From assembly GCF_030028105.1 (NCBI RefSeq), contig NC_092383.1, forward strand, positions 86,447,921 to 86,511,920: a stretch of 64,000 bases of DNA. Reading direction: 5' to 3'. The notes beneath the pieces were generated by a model, which ran no database searches, was not told where the DNA came from, and saw only the letters and a program-made list of their open reading frames with translations. Made by a program: the position numbers and the translations under genes. Shown in pieces: positions 25,221 through 36,936 of this stretch. Numbering within the stretch: position 1 is the stretch's first letter; each line of letters starts with the position of its first letter. This DNA is from Mobula birostris (taxonomy: Eukaryota).

Positions 25221-26556
25221 ACCATAAGACCATAAGCCAAAGGAGCAGAAGTAGGCCATTCGGCCCATCAAGTCTGCTCCGCCATTTTATCATGAGCTGA
25301 TCCATTTTCTCCTATTTAGTCCCACTCCCCTGCCTTCTCACCATAACCTTTGATGCCCTGGCTACTCAGGTACCTATCAATCTCTGCCTTAAATACACCC
25401 AATGACTCGGCCTCCACTGCTGCCCGTGGCAACAAATTCCATAGATTCACCACCCTCTGACTAAAAAAATTTCTTCGCATTTCTGTTCTGAAAGGGCGCC
25501 CTTCAATCCTTAAGTCGTGCCCTCTTGTACTAGACTCCCCATTATGGGAAACAACTTTGCCACATCCACTCTGCCCATGCCTTTTAACATTCAAAATGTT
25601 TCTATGAGGTCTCCCCTCATTCTTCTAAACTCCAAGGAATACAGTCCAAGAGCGGACAAACGTTCCTCATATGTTAACCCTCTCATTTCCGGAAACATTC
25701 TAGTGAATCTTCTCTGTACCCTCTCCAACGTCAGCACATCCTTTCTTAAATAAGGAGACCAAAACTGCCCACAGTACTCCAAGTGAGGTCTCACCAGCGC
25801 CTTATTGAGCCTCAACATCACATCCCTGCTCCTATATTCTATTCCTCTAGAAAGGAATGCCAACATTGCATTCGCCTTCTTCACTACTGACTCAACCTGG
25901 AGGTTAACTTTAAGGGTATCCTGTACGAGGACTCCCAAGTCCTGTTGCATCTCAGAGCTTTGAATTCTTTCCCCATTTAAATAATAGTCTGCCCGTTTAT
26001 TTTTTCTGCCAAAGTGCATAACCATACACTTTCCAACATTGTACTTCATTTGCTACTTCTCTGCCCATTCTTTCAATCTATCCAAGTCTCTCTGCAGACT
26101 CTCCGTTTCCTCAGCACTATCGGCCCCTCCAACTATCTTCGTATCGTCAGCAAACTTAGCCACAAAGCCATCTATTCCATAAACTAAGTCATTGATGTAC
26201 AATGTAAAAAGAAGCGGCCCCAACACTGATCCCTGCGGAACACCACTGGTAACCGGCAGCCAACCAGAATAGGATCACTTTATTCCCACTCTCTGTTTCC
26301 TGCCAATCAGCCAACGCTCTATCCACGTATGTAACTTTCCCATAAATCCATGGGCTCTTATCTTGTTAAGTAGCCTCATGTGTGGCACCTTGTCAAAGGC
26401 CTTCTGAAAATCCAAATATACAACATCCACTGCCTCTCCCTTGTCTGGCCTGGTAATTTCCTCAAAAAATTGTAATAGGTTTGTCAGGCAGGATTTTCCT
26501 TTAAGGAATCCATGCTGAGTTCTGCCTATCTTGTCATATGCCTCCAGGTACTCTGT
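25221..26556 (-). mobile_element. Young 5'-truncated CR1 LINE with TSD
   Basis: RT fragments. 7-bp TSD AATTAAG (25214-25220 and 26557-26563) inside the ancient CR1. Confidence 0.9.
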
Positions 26557-26704
26557 AATTAAGAGGATATGGTGGATAATCACCGTCTTTATTCCAGAGT
26601 AGGGACTTCAAAATCTAAAGAGTCTCGTCTGAAGGTGAGAGGAGAGTCTTAGAGGACTGGGAGGTGTAGTGTTTTCCACACGGAACAGTATGTGCATGGA
26701 AAAG

Positions 26705-29700
26705 GTCAGAGGAAAAGTCCCAGCCTCCCCAAGGATTACATCTGCACCAGGTGCACTGAGATGAGGCTTCTGAAGGACCGTGTTAAGGTGCTGGAGATGG
26801 AAATAGATGACCTTCGGCTAATTAGGGAAAGTGAGGAGGTGATAGATACTACCTATAGAGAGGTAGTGGATAGCACCCCTGTGACAGTCCCCCTCAGAAA
26901 TCGATCTATCGTTTTGGATTCTGTTGAAGAGGCAGACCTGACAGAGGAGGACCACAGTGAACGAGACTCTAGCATTCTGCCCAGTGCCAAAATCAAGAGA
27001 GCAAGAAGAAATGCGGTAGTTATAGGGGACTCCATTGTAAGGGGGACGGACAAGAGATTCTGCGAGCCGGACGAGGATACCCGGATGGTGTGTTGCCTCC
27101 CTGGTGCCAAGGTACGGGATGTCTCAGATCGAGTCCAGAGTATTCTGAGGAGAGAGGGCGAGCAGCTGGAAGTCTTGGTACATATTGGTACCAATGACAT
27201 AGACAGAAAAAGAGAGGAGGTCCTGAAGAAAGATTGCTGGGAGCTAGGAAGAAAATTGAAAAGCCGGACCTCCAGAGTAATAATATCAGGATTGCTGCCT
27301 GAGCTGCACGCTAATGATGGTAAGAATAGCAGAATTAAGTGGATGAATGTGTGGCTAAGTAACTGGCGCAGGGGGCAGGGCTTCAAATTCTTGAATCACT
27401 GGGATCTATTTTGGGGAAAGTATGACTTGTACAAAAAAGATGGATTACACCTGAACTCAAAAGGTACTAATATCCTAGCGGGATTGTTTAATATAGCTGT
27501 TAGGGAGGGTTTAAGCTAAGTTGGCAAGGGGAAGGAAACCAAGATGTTAGGATCGAGGAAGAAGAAAATAGAAATAAGTCAAAAATACCGTGCAGCAAAG
27601 ATGGTAAAAAGGACAGGCCGATGAATATACAGGATAATTTGCTGCGAAATAGATACATAGCACAAGTGGCAACAGGTACCGATCTAAATGTACTGTACTT
27701 AAATGCACTCAGCATTAGTGGATGACCTTGCTGCACAGCTGCAGGTTAAAAGGTATGACATTGTGGCCATCACCGAGTCATGGCTAAATGATGGATGTGA
27801 TTGGGAGCTGAATATCCAAGGATACACAGTGTACAGGAAGGATAGGAAGGTAGGTAAAGGGGGCGGCGTGTCCCTGATGGTAAGTAACGATATCAAATCA
27901 ATAGAATGAAGGGATATAGGATCAGAAGAGGTAGAATCCTTATGGGTAGAATTAAGAAATGGCAAGGGTAAAAAGACACTAATAGCAGTTATATACAGGC
28001 CTTCAAACAGCAGTCGGGATGTGGACTACAAGTTGCAGCTGGAAATAGAAAAAGCGTGTCAGAAGGAAAATGTCAAGATAATTATGGGGGATTTTAATAT
28101 GAAAGTGGATTGGGAAAGTCAGGAAGGTAATGGATCTCAGGAGAGGGAGTTTGTAGAATGCCTACAGGATGGCTTTTTGGAGCAACTTGTCCAGAAGCCC
28201 ACCAGGGGACCGGCTGTTTTGGATTGGGTGCTGTGTAATGAACCTGAGGTGATTAGGGAGCTGGAGGTAAAGGAACCTCTTGGAAGTAGTGATCATAATA
28301 TGATTGAGTTCAGTTTCAAATTTGAAAAGGAGAAGCTGGTATCAGGTGTATCGATATTTCAGTGGAACAGGGGAAATTACAGTGGCATGAGAGAGGAACT
28401 GGCCCAAGTCAATTGGAAAAGTAAACTAAATGGAGGGATGGCAGAGCAGAATTGGATGAAATTCCTATAAGAAATAAGGAAAATGCAGGAAAAATATATT
28501 CCAAGAAAAAAGAAAATCATGAATGGAAAAATGGCACAAATGTGGCTAACGAGAGAGGTTAAGGCAAAAATAAAAGCAAAAGAAACGGCGTACAAGGAAG
28601 CAAAAATTAGTGGGAAAAATGAGGACTGGAAGACCTTTAAAAACTTACAGAAAGAAACTAGGAAAGTCATTAGGAAAGAAAAGATGAATTATGAAAGGAA
28701 GTTGGCGATTAACATAAAAAAGGATACTAAGAGTTTTTTTTAAATATATGAAGAGTAAAAGAGTGACAAGGGTAGATATGGGACCGATTGAAAACGATGC
28801 TGGAGTAATTATAATGGATAACAAAGAGATGGCGGAGGAACTGAATGAGTATTTTGTATCAGTCTTCACAGTGGAAGACATGAGCAATATACCTGATAGC
28901 CAGAGGTATCAGGGAATAGAATTAGGTACAGTCAAGATAACTAGAGAGAAAGTGCTTGGGAAGCTAAGTGGACTAAGAATAGATAAGTCTCCCGGCCCGG
29001 ATGAGGTGCACCCAAGGGTTCTGAAGGAGGTGGCTTTGGAGATTGTGGAAGCATTGGAAATGATCTTTCAGGAATCAATAGACTCTGGCATGGTTCCGGA
29101 GAACTGGAAGGTCGCAAATGTAGTTCCGCTATTTAAGAAAGGAAGGAGGCAGCAGAAAGAAAATTACAGACCTATTAGTCTGACATCGGTGGTTGGAAAG
29201 ATATTGGAGTCAATCCTCAAGGACGAGGTTATGAAATACCTCGAGATGCATGACAAGATAGGCCGAAGCCAGCATGGTTTCATGAAGGGAAGATCCTGCC
29301 TTACCAACTTATTGAAATTTTTTGAGGTAATCTCGAATAAGATTGACAAGGGAGAGGCTGTGGATGTTGTGTATTTGGATTTTCAAAAGGCCTTCCATAA
29401 GGTGCCGCATATGAGGCTGCTTAATGGATGAGAGCCCATGGAATTATAGGAAAGATATTGGAATGGGTGGAGCATTGGCTGATAGGCAGAAAGCAAAGGG
29501 TGGGAATAAAGGGATCCTATTCTGATTGGTTGCCGGTTACTAGTGGTGTTCCGCAGGGGTCGGTGTTGGGGCTGCTTCTTTTTACGATGTATATCGATGA
29601 TTTGGATTATGGATTAAATGGTTTTGTGGCCAAGTTTGCGGATGACACCAAGATAGGTGGAGGAGCAGGAAATGTTGAAGAAACGGAAAGGTTGCAGAGA

Positions 29701-30567
29701 GACTTAGTCAGTTTAAGAGAGTGGGCAAAGAAATGGCAGATGAGATACAACGTTGATAAATGTACGGTTGTACATTTCGAAAGAAGAAATAATCGGGCAG
29801 ATTATTATTTAGATGGGGAGAAAATTCAAATATCGGAAGTGCAAAGGGACTTGGGGGTCCTCGTGCAGGATACCCTAAAGGTTAACCACCAAGTTGGATT
29901 GGCGGTAAGGAAAGACGAATGCTATGTTGGCCTTCATTTCAAGAGGAATAATGTATAAGAGTAAGGAGGTGTTGATGAGGCTCTATGGGGCATTAGTGAG
30001 ACCTCATTTGGAATACTATGTGCAGTTTTGGGCCCCCTATCTTAGAGAGGATGTACTGATGTTGGAGAGAGTTCAGAGAAGATTTACGAGGATGATTCCT
30101 GGAATGCAGGGGCTAACATATGAGGAGTGTCTGTCGGCTCTTGGATTGTATTCATTAGAGTATAGAAGGATGAGAGGAGATCTCATAGAAACGTTTCGAA
30201 TGTTGAAAGGGTTGGACAGAGTAGATGTGGAAAGGTTGTTTCCCTTGGTGGGTGAGTCCAGGACAAGAGGCCATAGTCTTAGAATTAGAGGGTACCCAGT
30301 TAAAACAGAGATGAGGGGAATTTTTTTTAGCCAGGGGGTCGTGGATTTGTGGAATTCGTTGCCACATATGGTTGTGGAGGCCCGATCATTGAGGGTGTTT
30401 AAGGAGGAGATTGACAGGTATCTAATTAGTCAGGGTATCAAAGGATATGGGGAAAAAGCCGGAAATTGGAACTAGATGGGTGAATAGTTTAGCTCATGGG
30501 GGAGCTGCGGAGCAGACTCAATGGGCCAAATGGCCTACTTCTGCTCCTTTGTCTTGTGATCTTGTGA
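26705..30567 (+). mobile_element. Near full-length CR1 LINE: ORF1 (Zn-finger remnant, coiled coil, SGNH esterase) plus broken ORF2 (APE endonuclease and RT)
   Basis: ORF1 shows YICTRC, IGDSIVRG, HIGTND, DGLHLN. ORF2 pieces span 27703-30475 with stops and frameshifts. Tail gtcttgtgatcttgtga. Confidence 0.93.
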
Positions 30568-32978
30568 AGTGTTGGAGGTGGGTACAAATACACTATTTAA
30601 AATACATTTGGACAAGTTCATGTACAGGAAAGCTTTAGAAGGATGTGGACCAAATACAGGGAAATGGGTGAAACTCAGTAAGACACTGTGGTCGGCATGG
30701 ACGATTTGGGCTGAAACACCTGTACCCATAACCTGTAACTCCATGACTCTGCAGCATCCTCTCTAAACTGGATTACACTTCTGAAAGTTTAAATTCAGAA
30801 TTCAATTTCGGAGGGAAGGCCTCAAAATCCCCAGCTTTGCCTGCTGTTGGCAACCGAGATGGAGGACGAATCGTTCGGATAGAGATGGCGCTCAGTACTC
30901 GGTGTCAGAGAGCTGATCAGAACTCAAAGTTTTCAGATGACTCAGAGTCGGACCGTGGTCGGGTATGGCAGAGAGAGTTTTTCTTCCTTCTCCCTGAGAT
31001 GTGGGACATTTGAGAGACTTCGAACTTTTACTGTGCTCATGGACTTCTTCATCAAGTTATGGTATTGTTGCACTGTTGTAACTATATGTTATAATTCTGT
31101 GGTTTTGTTAGTTTTTTTCAGTCTTCGTCTGTCCTGTGTTTTGTGATATCACACCGGAGGAAATATTGTATCATTTCTAAATGACAATAAAAGAGGACTG
31201 CATGTCTTCATAATCTAAAAAAAAGTGTGACAGCTTATGGACTCAGCCAATCAGATTACACTTCAATTTCAAAGTTCAAAGTTCAAAGTACATTGATTAT
31301 CAAAGTATGTATACTATATACAACCCCGAGATTCATTTTCCTACAGGCAGCCACAAAACAAAGAAACCAAATAGAACACATTTAGAAAAAAAACTGTCAA
31401 ATCGTGCAAACCATAAAAGTAAGCAAATTACATTCAGAACTGAAATTCGTGAAAATGAGTCACAGACACAAAGCCAGTCATCACTGCAGCCAATTTAGGA
31501 GCCCATTAATTGAAGGCCACAGCGTCAGTTCAGGACAGAGATATATCAGCCTTGTGGAGCTTAAGTTGAACACTGGCCTATCCCTCACCTATGACAAACA
31601 TTGCTGTAGTGTTTTACAAGAGATTTGAGCGTTTATTATCCTGTTCAGAATCATGAAATGCAGCAGCCTTGTTTGTATCTCTAAATCCATTCTTTCTAGT
31701 CCTTTCAATATTCGATAGGATTCAATGACGTACCCCTTCATCAAAATCAAAGTAAAAATTTGTTATTAGAGTACATACTTCTCACCACATATAACCCTGA
31801 GATTCTTTTTCTGCGGGCATACTTAGCAAACCTACAGAACAGTAACTGTAAACAGGATCAATGGATAAGAAACTGTGCAAACTTTGACTTTCACTTTGAC
31901 TTTATTGTCCCCAAACTTGGCCACAAGGTCATCAACACTGTCATCCAAATCGTTGACATGAAATGTGAAATGAAGTGGTTCCAACACAGACCACTGTGGA
32001 AAACCTTGAGTCATTGACAGTCAAACGGAAAGGCACCATTTTGTTCACGCTCTTTGCCTCCCGCCAGCCAGCCGATCCTCTTTCCATTCTAGAATCTTTC
32101 CAGTACTACTGTGGTTTCTTCTTCAGCAGCTTCAAGTGTGGCACCTTGTCAAAGGCCTTCTAAAAATCCAAGTAAGCAATATCCACTTTGTCTATCCTGC
32201 CTGTAATTTCCTCAAAGAGTCTTAACTGATTTTTCAGGCTAGATTTCCCCTGTATGAAACCATATTTAATCATGTGCCTTCAAGTAACCCAAAACCTCAT
32301 CCTTGATAATGGACTCCAACATCTTCACAACCACTGAAGTCAGGCTAACTGGTCTTTAGCTCCCTTTCATTTGCCTCCCTCTATTCTTAAAGAGTGGAGG
32401 AACATTCCCAATTTTTCAGTCCTAGAAAACCATTCCAGAATCCAGATATTCTTTAAAGATCACTTCTTATGCCTCCACAATCTCTTCAGCTGCCTCCTTC
32501 AGAACACTGGGGTGTAGTCTATCTGGTCCAGGCAACCTATTGACCTTCAGACCTCTCAGTTTTCCAAGCACCTTCTCCTTAGTAGTAGCAACTACACTCA
32601 CTCCTGCCCCCTGACATTCTCGAATTTCTTTCATACTGCTTGTTCAGAGTCCTTCCTTTTGTTTATATGACAGTGTCACTGTCTCACAACTGGACACCCA
32701 TTCTCACATCTTCAATGCAGAAGTCACAAGTATGAATGGAATTCTTTCTTTTTCATGGAGGTGCAAGTCCAACTATGTTTGAGATGCTCCACATCTTCCA
32801 GGAGGAAGTGACAGACTTAACTGTTTACTGCACTTTATTTCTACCCCATGGAGGCTGCAATGTGTAGCTTCTACAAATGCAAAGACATACCTTACTCTCA
32901 CTAGAAGTATAAGAGCAGCAGTAACAGAGTAACAAAAAGAAATATTTAAATGTATCCTCTCTTGAAAGTAGAACTTAC

Positions 32979-33299
32979 TGGTGCCATTGATTTCTGTCAC
33001 GTAACTGCAGATCTCTCCGTTGTTGAAGACTGTCACTTTAACCATTGCACTGTATTTTACTCCAAGCTTACTCGAGGCTTTGCAGTAATATTGATGGTGC
33101 TGCTGGTTGAAGGATTGACAACATAGAGCCTGTTTATTGGTATCTGAGATCTTTGGATGCCCAGATGAGGTTTGTTCATACCATGTGTACTGAATGGGAA
33201 GGGATCCCTGGAGAGACTCACAGGAAACTGACACTGAGCCCCCAAGACGGGAGACATTTGCTGGTGACAGATATCGAAGCACAGGAACAGACACAGGTT
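32979..33299 (-). CDS. C2-type Ig exon C2-1 (intact)
   Basis: 321 nt, phase 1-1, ttcccacag acceptor, A|GTAAGT donor. Reads EPVSVPVLRY..VSVSCESLQGSLPIQYTWY..QYYCKAS..EICSYVTEINGT. Confidence 0.92.
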
Positions 33300-33351
33300 C
33301 TGTGGGAAGGAATTCAACAATCAGACTCTGAATGAACATCTGAAAATCAAA

Positions 33352-33903
33352 CACTCTTCTGCCACTTTATTAGCTACACCTGTTCATCTGGTCATTAATG
33401 CAAATATCAGATTAGTCATTTATGTGGCAGCAACACAGTCCATAAAATCATGCAGACATGGTCAAGATGTCTGGTTGCTGTTTAGGCAAAACATCAGAAT
33501 AGAGAGGAAATGTGCTCTTAGTGACTTTGACTGTGGAATAATAGTTGGTGGCAGATGGAGAGGTCTGAGCATCTCAGAAACTGTTGACCTCCTGGGATGT
33601 TCAGGCACAACTCTCTCCAGAGTTTACACAGAACGGTGCAAAAGAACCAGAAAGTATCCAGTGAGCAGCAATTCTGTGATCAAAAATGCCTTCTTTATGA
33701 GAGAGGTCAGAGGAGAATGGCCGGACTGGTTCAAGCTGACAGAAAGATGACAGGAGTTTAAATAACCATGTGTTATGACGGTGGTGTGCAGAAGAGTATC
33801 TGAACCTTGAAGTGAGTGGGTCAGAGCGGCAGAAGACCATGAATGTACACTCAGTGGCCTATTTATTAGTTATGAAGATACCTAATGAAGTGGCCATTGA
33901 GTG
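33352..33903 (+). mobile_element. Non-autonomous Tc1-like element
   Basis: TIRs cactc..gccactttattag / ctaatgaagtggccattgagtg. Transposase N-terminal HTH fragment at 33424-33750. Confidence 0.8.
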
Positions 33904-34257
33904 CTTAAAGGCAGCAACTTGTGAGATATCCGTCACATGTTTGGTGGCTTTCATGAGAAAATGACCTGCCGTAGAAAGGGAAATATTTGGCACTGATATT
34001 AATGCAATGGTAGTTAGGGATGGACAGTGTCTGGACAAAGATCTTGTAATCTGTGCAGAGGCTGAGCAGGAGGAGGAGAAGAATGCTGTTCTTCAGACAC
34101 ATCCACGAGATGGGCATTTCTCCATTCAACAAGCTTCACCCTGGGATCAGCACATTGTCACTCCCCAGGACATCTAATGCACAGACCCTTCCCGGAGAAA
34201 ACATGGATGAGACATTTATTCTACTGAAGGGACAAAGTCAATCACTGAGAAACCTAC

Positions 34258-34578
34258 CTTCATGTACTTCTAGATGTAAATAATATCTCGTATCAAGACC
34301 TGGTGTTCTAATTCCACAGCTGTACCATCCTGTATCTCCAGAGTGGTGATCATCCACAGTAACAGTAAATATTTTCTGTTCTGGGTTATCTGTGATTGAC
34401 ACTCATCCACTCCGTCTGTGCTGCCCATTTGTTTCCACTAAAACTGAACACAGTGGAGTCCATCCATCACACCAATACTTTTTGTGTGAGCGGTGCTTTT
34501 CTTCATAGTGACAATCGATTGTGATCGCTCTTCCCAAAACTCCTTTTACATATTTCTCTGCCCACAATGCACCTGAAA
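34258..34578 (-). pseudogene. V-type Ig exon V1 (CD300/pIgR-like) with one premature stop
   Basis: 321 nt, ctccctcag acceptor, G|GTAGGT donor. Reads VSGALWAEKYVKGVLGRAITIDCHY..KYWCDGWTPLC..G*VSITDN..DTGWYSCG. TGA at 34403-34405 where the paralogs have AGA (Arg). Confidence 0.92.
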
Positions 34579-34739
34579 CTGAGGGAGGCATTTTCAGTTT
34601 TGAGGAGAAAGGACCAATTAATGCAAACTAATATTTTTGAACATGACAATAAAAAACCCGTCCAGGTCACGTCCAGCAAGTGGCACGTGTTACCACGGCT
34701 AATGATTTTGGTGTGAAGTGCAGTCAGTGCTGTTACTGT

Positions 34740-34862
34740 GTCAGCTGTGTCAGTGCTCTCTCCCCTGTGTCAGTACATTGTGGGTTCACTTCCCACTCCA
34801 GAGCCCTGAGCAGAAACCCAGGGCTGACCCTCCAGTGCAGTACTGGGGGACAGCGGCAATAT
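34740..34862 (+). mobile_element. DeuSINE-like (SacSINE1/AmnSINE-type) fragment in intron 1
   Basis: tgtgggttcacttcccactccagag (B-box-like) and ccagtgcagtactggggga (Deu-core-like). Recalled similarity, not searched. Confidence 0.55.
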
Positions 34863-36773
34863 TAAACTTTCAATTACCTCCTATCAGCCCTTCAAATGTA
34901 CACAAAGTTCCCAAAGGATTAATTTGGAATACTCCCAGATTTTTGTGTGTGTGTGTCTCAGATTCCAGGAAATTGGATCTGGAGGCGGAGCCTAACGGCA
35001 ACTCCTTTGCTGACATTTTGGAAACATCTCTATTTCTATCTTTTGATAGCTCTTTTTTCCCTCTCAAGATTCTTCTGTAGTCCCTGACCTGAAGGTTACA
35101 CGCTCAATTCAGTTCTTGGTGGAAATGGGACCTGCTTTCGGGGCCTCACGACTGGTCGCTTTTCGATATGCCAAGGATGCAGCCTGGAAGGTCAGCGCGC
35201 CTTCAGGGTGCCGGCTTTTCGTGGCTCTGGAGGCAGGCGGATTCAAGGCTGGTGAGTCGTGGGAGTAGACGGAAGATCGTAAGCGGCGAGCTGGCTGCAG
35301 GTTGTGTGCCCAGAGGCCCGAGCCTTTTGGGCACAGGGCTTGGAAAATACAACACAACAGAATTTTAACACCATAAATCAGCAAGTCGCTTTGTTATGCC
35401 TCCCTTCTACCTGTGAAACAGGGACACCTCTTTTCCCTTATCAGGGAGCGAGAGCGCCTGCGGTATGTTGAATTACCGGGTGAATGAATAGTCTTTGGGG
35501 TACTGCAAGTCTGTGTCTTTATTTATGCTTTGCTGCATGCTTGAGTGCTCAGTGGGTGGGGTGTTGATGCTTTTTTGCTGGTGGGGGAGGGGGGATCATT
35601 GCTTTGCTGCTGCTTATGCGTGAGAGGGGGAGTTGGGGGGTTCTTTGGGGTTCTAACATTTAATTGTCATTCATTCTTTGAGGCATTCCTCTGTTTTTGT
35701 GGATGTATGCTCAGAAAAAGAATTTCAGGATGTACATTAAATGTATCTATTGAAACTGATTGAGCTGGAAGTTGGTAGGATCATTTGAGATCATGTTTCA
35801 GTCCTCTCCATTAGGCTGGTGTCCTGATTTACTCCTCACTTACAGACCAGTTTATAAACTGCAGAAAGAAACCCCTCATGATGTCTAAAACCAGGCCCTC
35901 TGGTTCTGATGGAAACTTTATATTTTGTACCTATCAAGTATTTCTCTGTGTAATTAGAAGGTGGTGCAATAGTGGTCATTAGTACTTTAGTGTCTAGAAA
36001 TCCAGATGCAATTTTAATTTCTTTAAGGATACATTAAGAGTTTATGTAGATAATTTATTAATTATTTCTGGATTAAAAACACATATCAATAATGATAATG
36101 ATCAACTACCAGACTGTCAAAATCCCATCTGGATCAGAAAGGCCTTTCAGGACAGAAATCTTTCATCCCTACACACCCTGGTTTACCTTTGACTCTAGAT
36201 CTAGTAATGTTCTTTACTAATTGCCCCACTGAAATGGTCCAGGAATGACACTGATTTCAAGACAATAATCTCATAGTGATCCCTACATTGTGAAATCAGA
36301 TTCCAGAAATGGCAGACCTGATGTTCTCGCTTAACAGCCACCAGGAGATTTCTCCACCTGGACATATTCTCTCCTGACTGACTCCATACTATTCCCCTTT
36401 TCTCCTTATCTGCTTCACCTCTCACCCACTTGAAACTCCACACCTTCCCCTCTCCATTCTATTTGCCGACTGTGCTTCACCCCTCCTCAATCCCCTACCA
36501 CCTAGTGGACCCAGTCTCACACCTCCCCCTCTTCTATTTACACTCTATCCCTCTCCACTCACACGTGACGCAGGGTCTCGACCCAAACCGTTGACATTTC
36601 CCCTCTCCCTGAAAGAAGCTGCTTGACCCATTGAGTTCCTCCAGGAGTGAACTCTGAACTCCAGTTTCTGACATCTTTAGTGTCTACAGGTATTCAAATA
36701 CTGTTCTGAAAATGGTGTATGACCCCCAAACCAAAACTGATGATGCAAATGTCCAGCGCAGTTTGTTACTCAC

Positions 36774-36810
36774 CGGGTAGGAAACCAATCAGAAGAACTG
36801 AAGTCCACAT
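36774..36810 (-). CDS. Leader exon MWTSVLLIGFLP(V)
   Basis: ATG at 36810, 12 hydrophobic codons plus G, donor G|GTGAGT (phase 1). Joins the V exon as ...FLPVSGALWA. Confidence 0.9.
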
Positions 36811-36908
36811 CTTTTTATTCGCAGAGACCCAGCCAGGACCTATCTGTCCTCAGAGAGAAATAGCTGGGAAATAAAAATGAGGAAGAAAGCAGCAGGGAGT
36901 TTGATCAA

Positions 36909-36936
36909 AAACCACAACTGGAGAGTAGGAAGTGAC
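36909..36936 (-). promoter_or_regulatory. Putative TATA-less promoter core with RUNX (TGTGGTT) and ETS/PU.1-type (AGGAAGTG) sites
   Basis: AACCACA at 36909-36915 and AGGAAGTG at 36926-36933, overlapping TGACG, 100-125 bp upstream of the leader ATG. Motif match only. Confidence 0.55.

Larger units (their letters stand above)
4912..36810 (-). pseudogene. Gene A: MDIR-like (CD300/pIgR-like V + FcR-like C2) immune receptor, L-V-C2-V-C2-stalk-V-C2-stalk-micro-TM-cyt; full-length form disabled, exon-skipped forms possible
   Basis: Twelve exons with GT-AG sites and compatible phases. There is one leader and one TM. Each of the three V exons carries a lesion. Confidence 0.75.

Noticed and set aside
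26692-27519. Host SGNH lipase/esterase gene
   Set aside because: Intronless, directly followed by CR1 ORF2, and repeated at 44.7 and 51 kb. It is CR1 ORF1.
14000-32900. Separate leader exons for V2 and V3 (three independent genes)
   Set aside because: No ATG-hydrophobic-donor exon like 36774-36810 was found by eye. The intervals are TE fossils and duplicated intron. A missed exon cannot be fully excluded.
35075-35760. GC-rich ORFs 35109-35384 and 35168-35368 as a nested gene
   Set aside because: Ends in an L2/Rex-like tail and looks like a non-autonomous interspersed repeat (similar type at about 30850-31220). No domain similarity.
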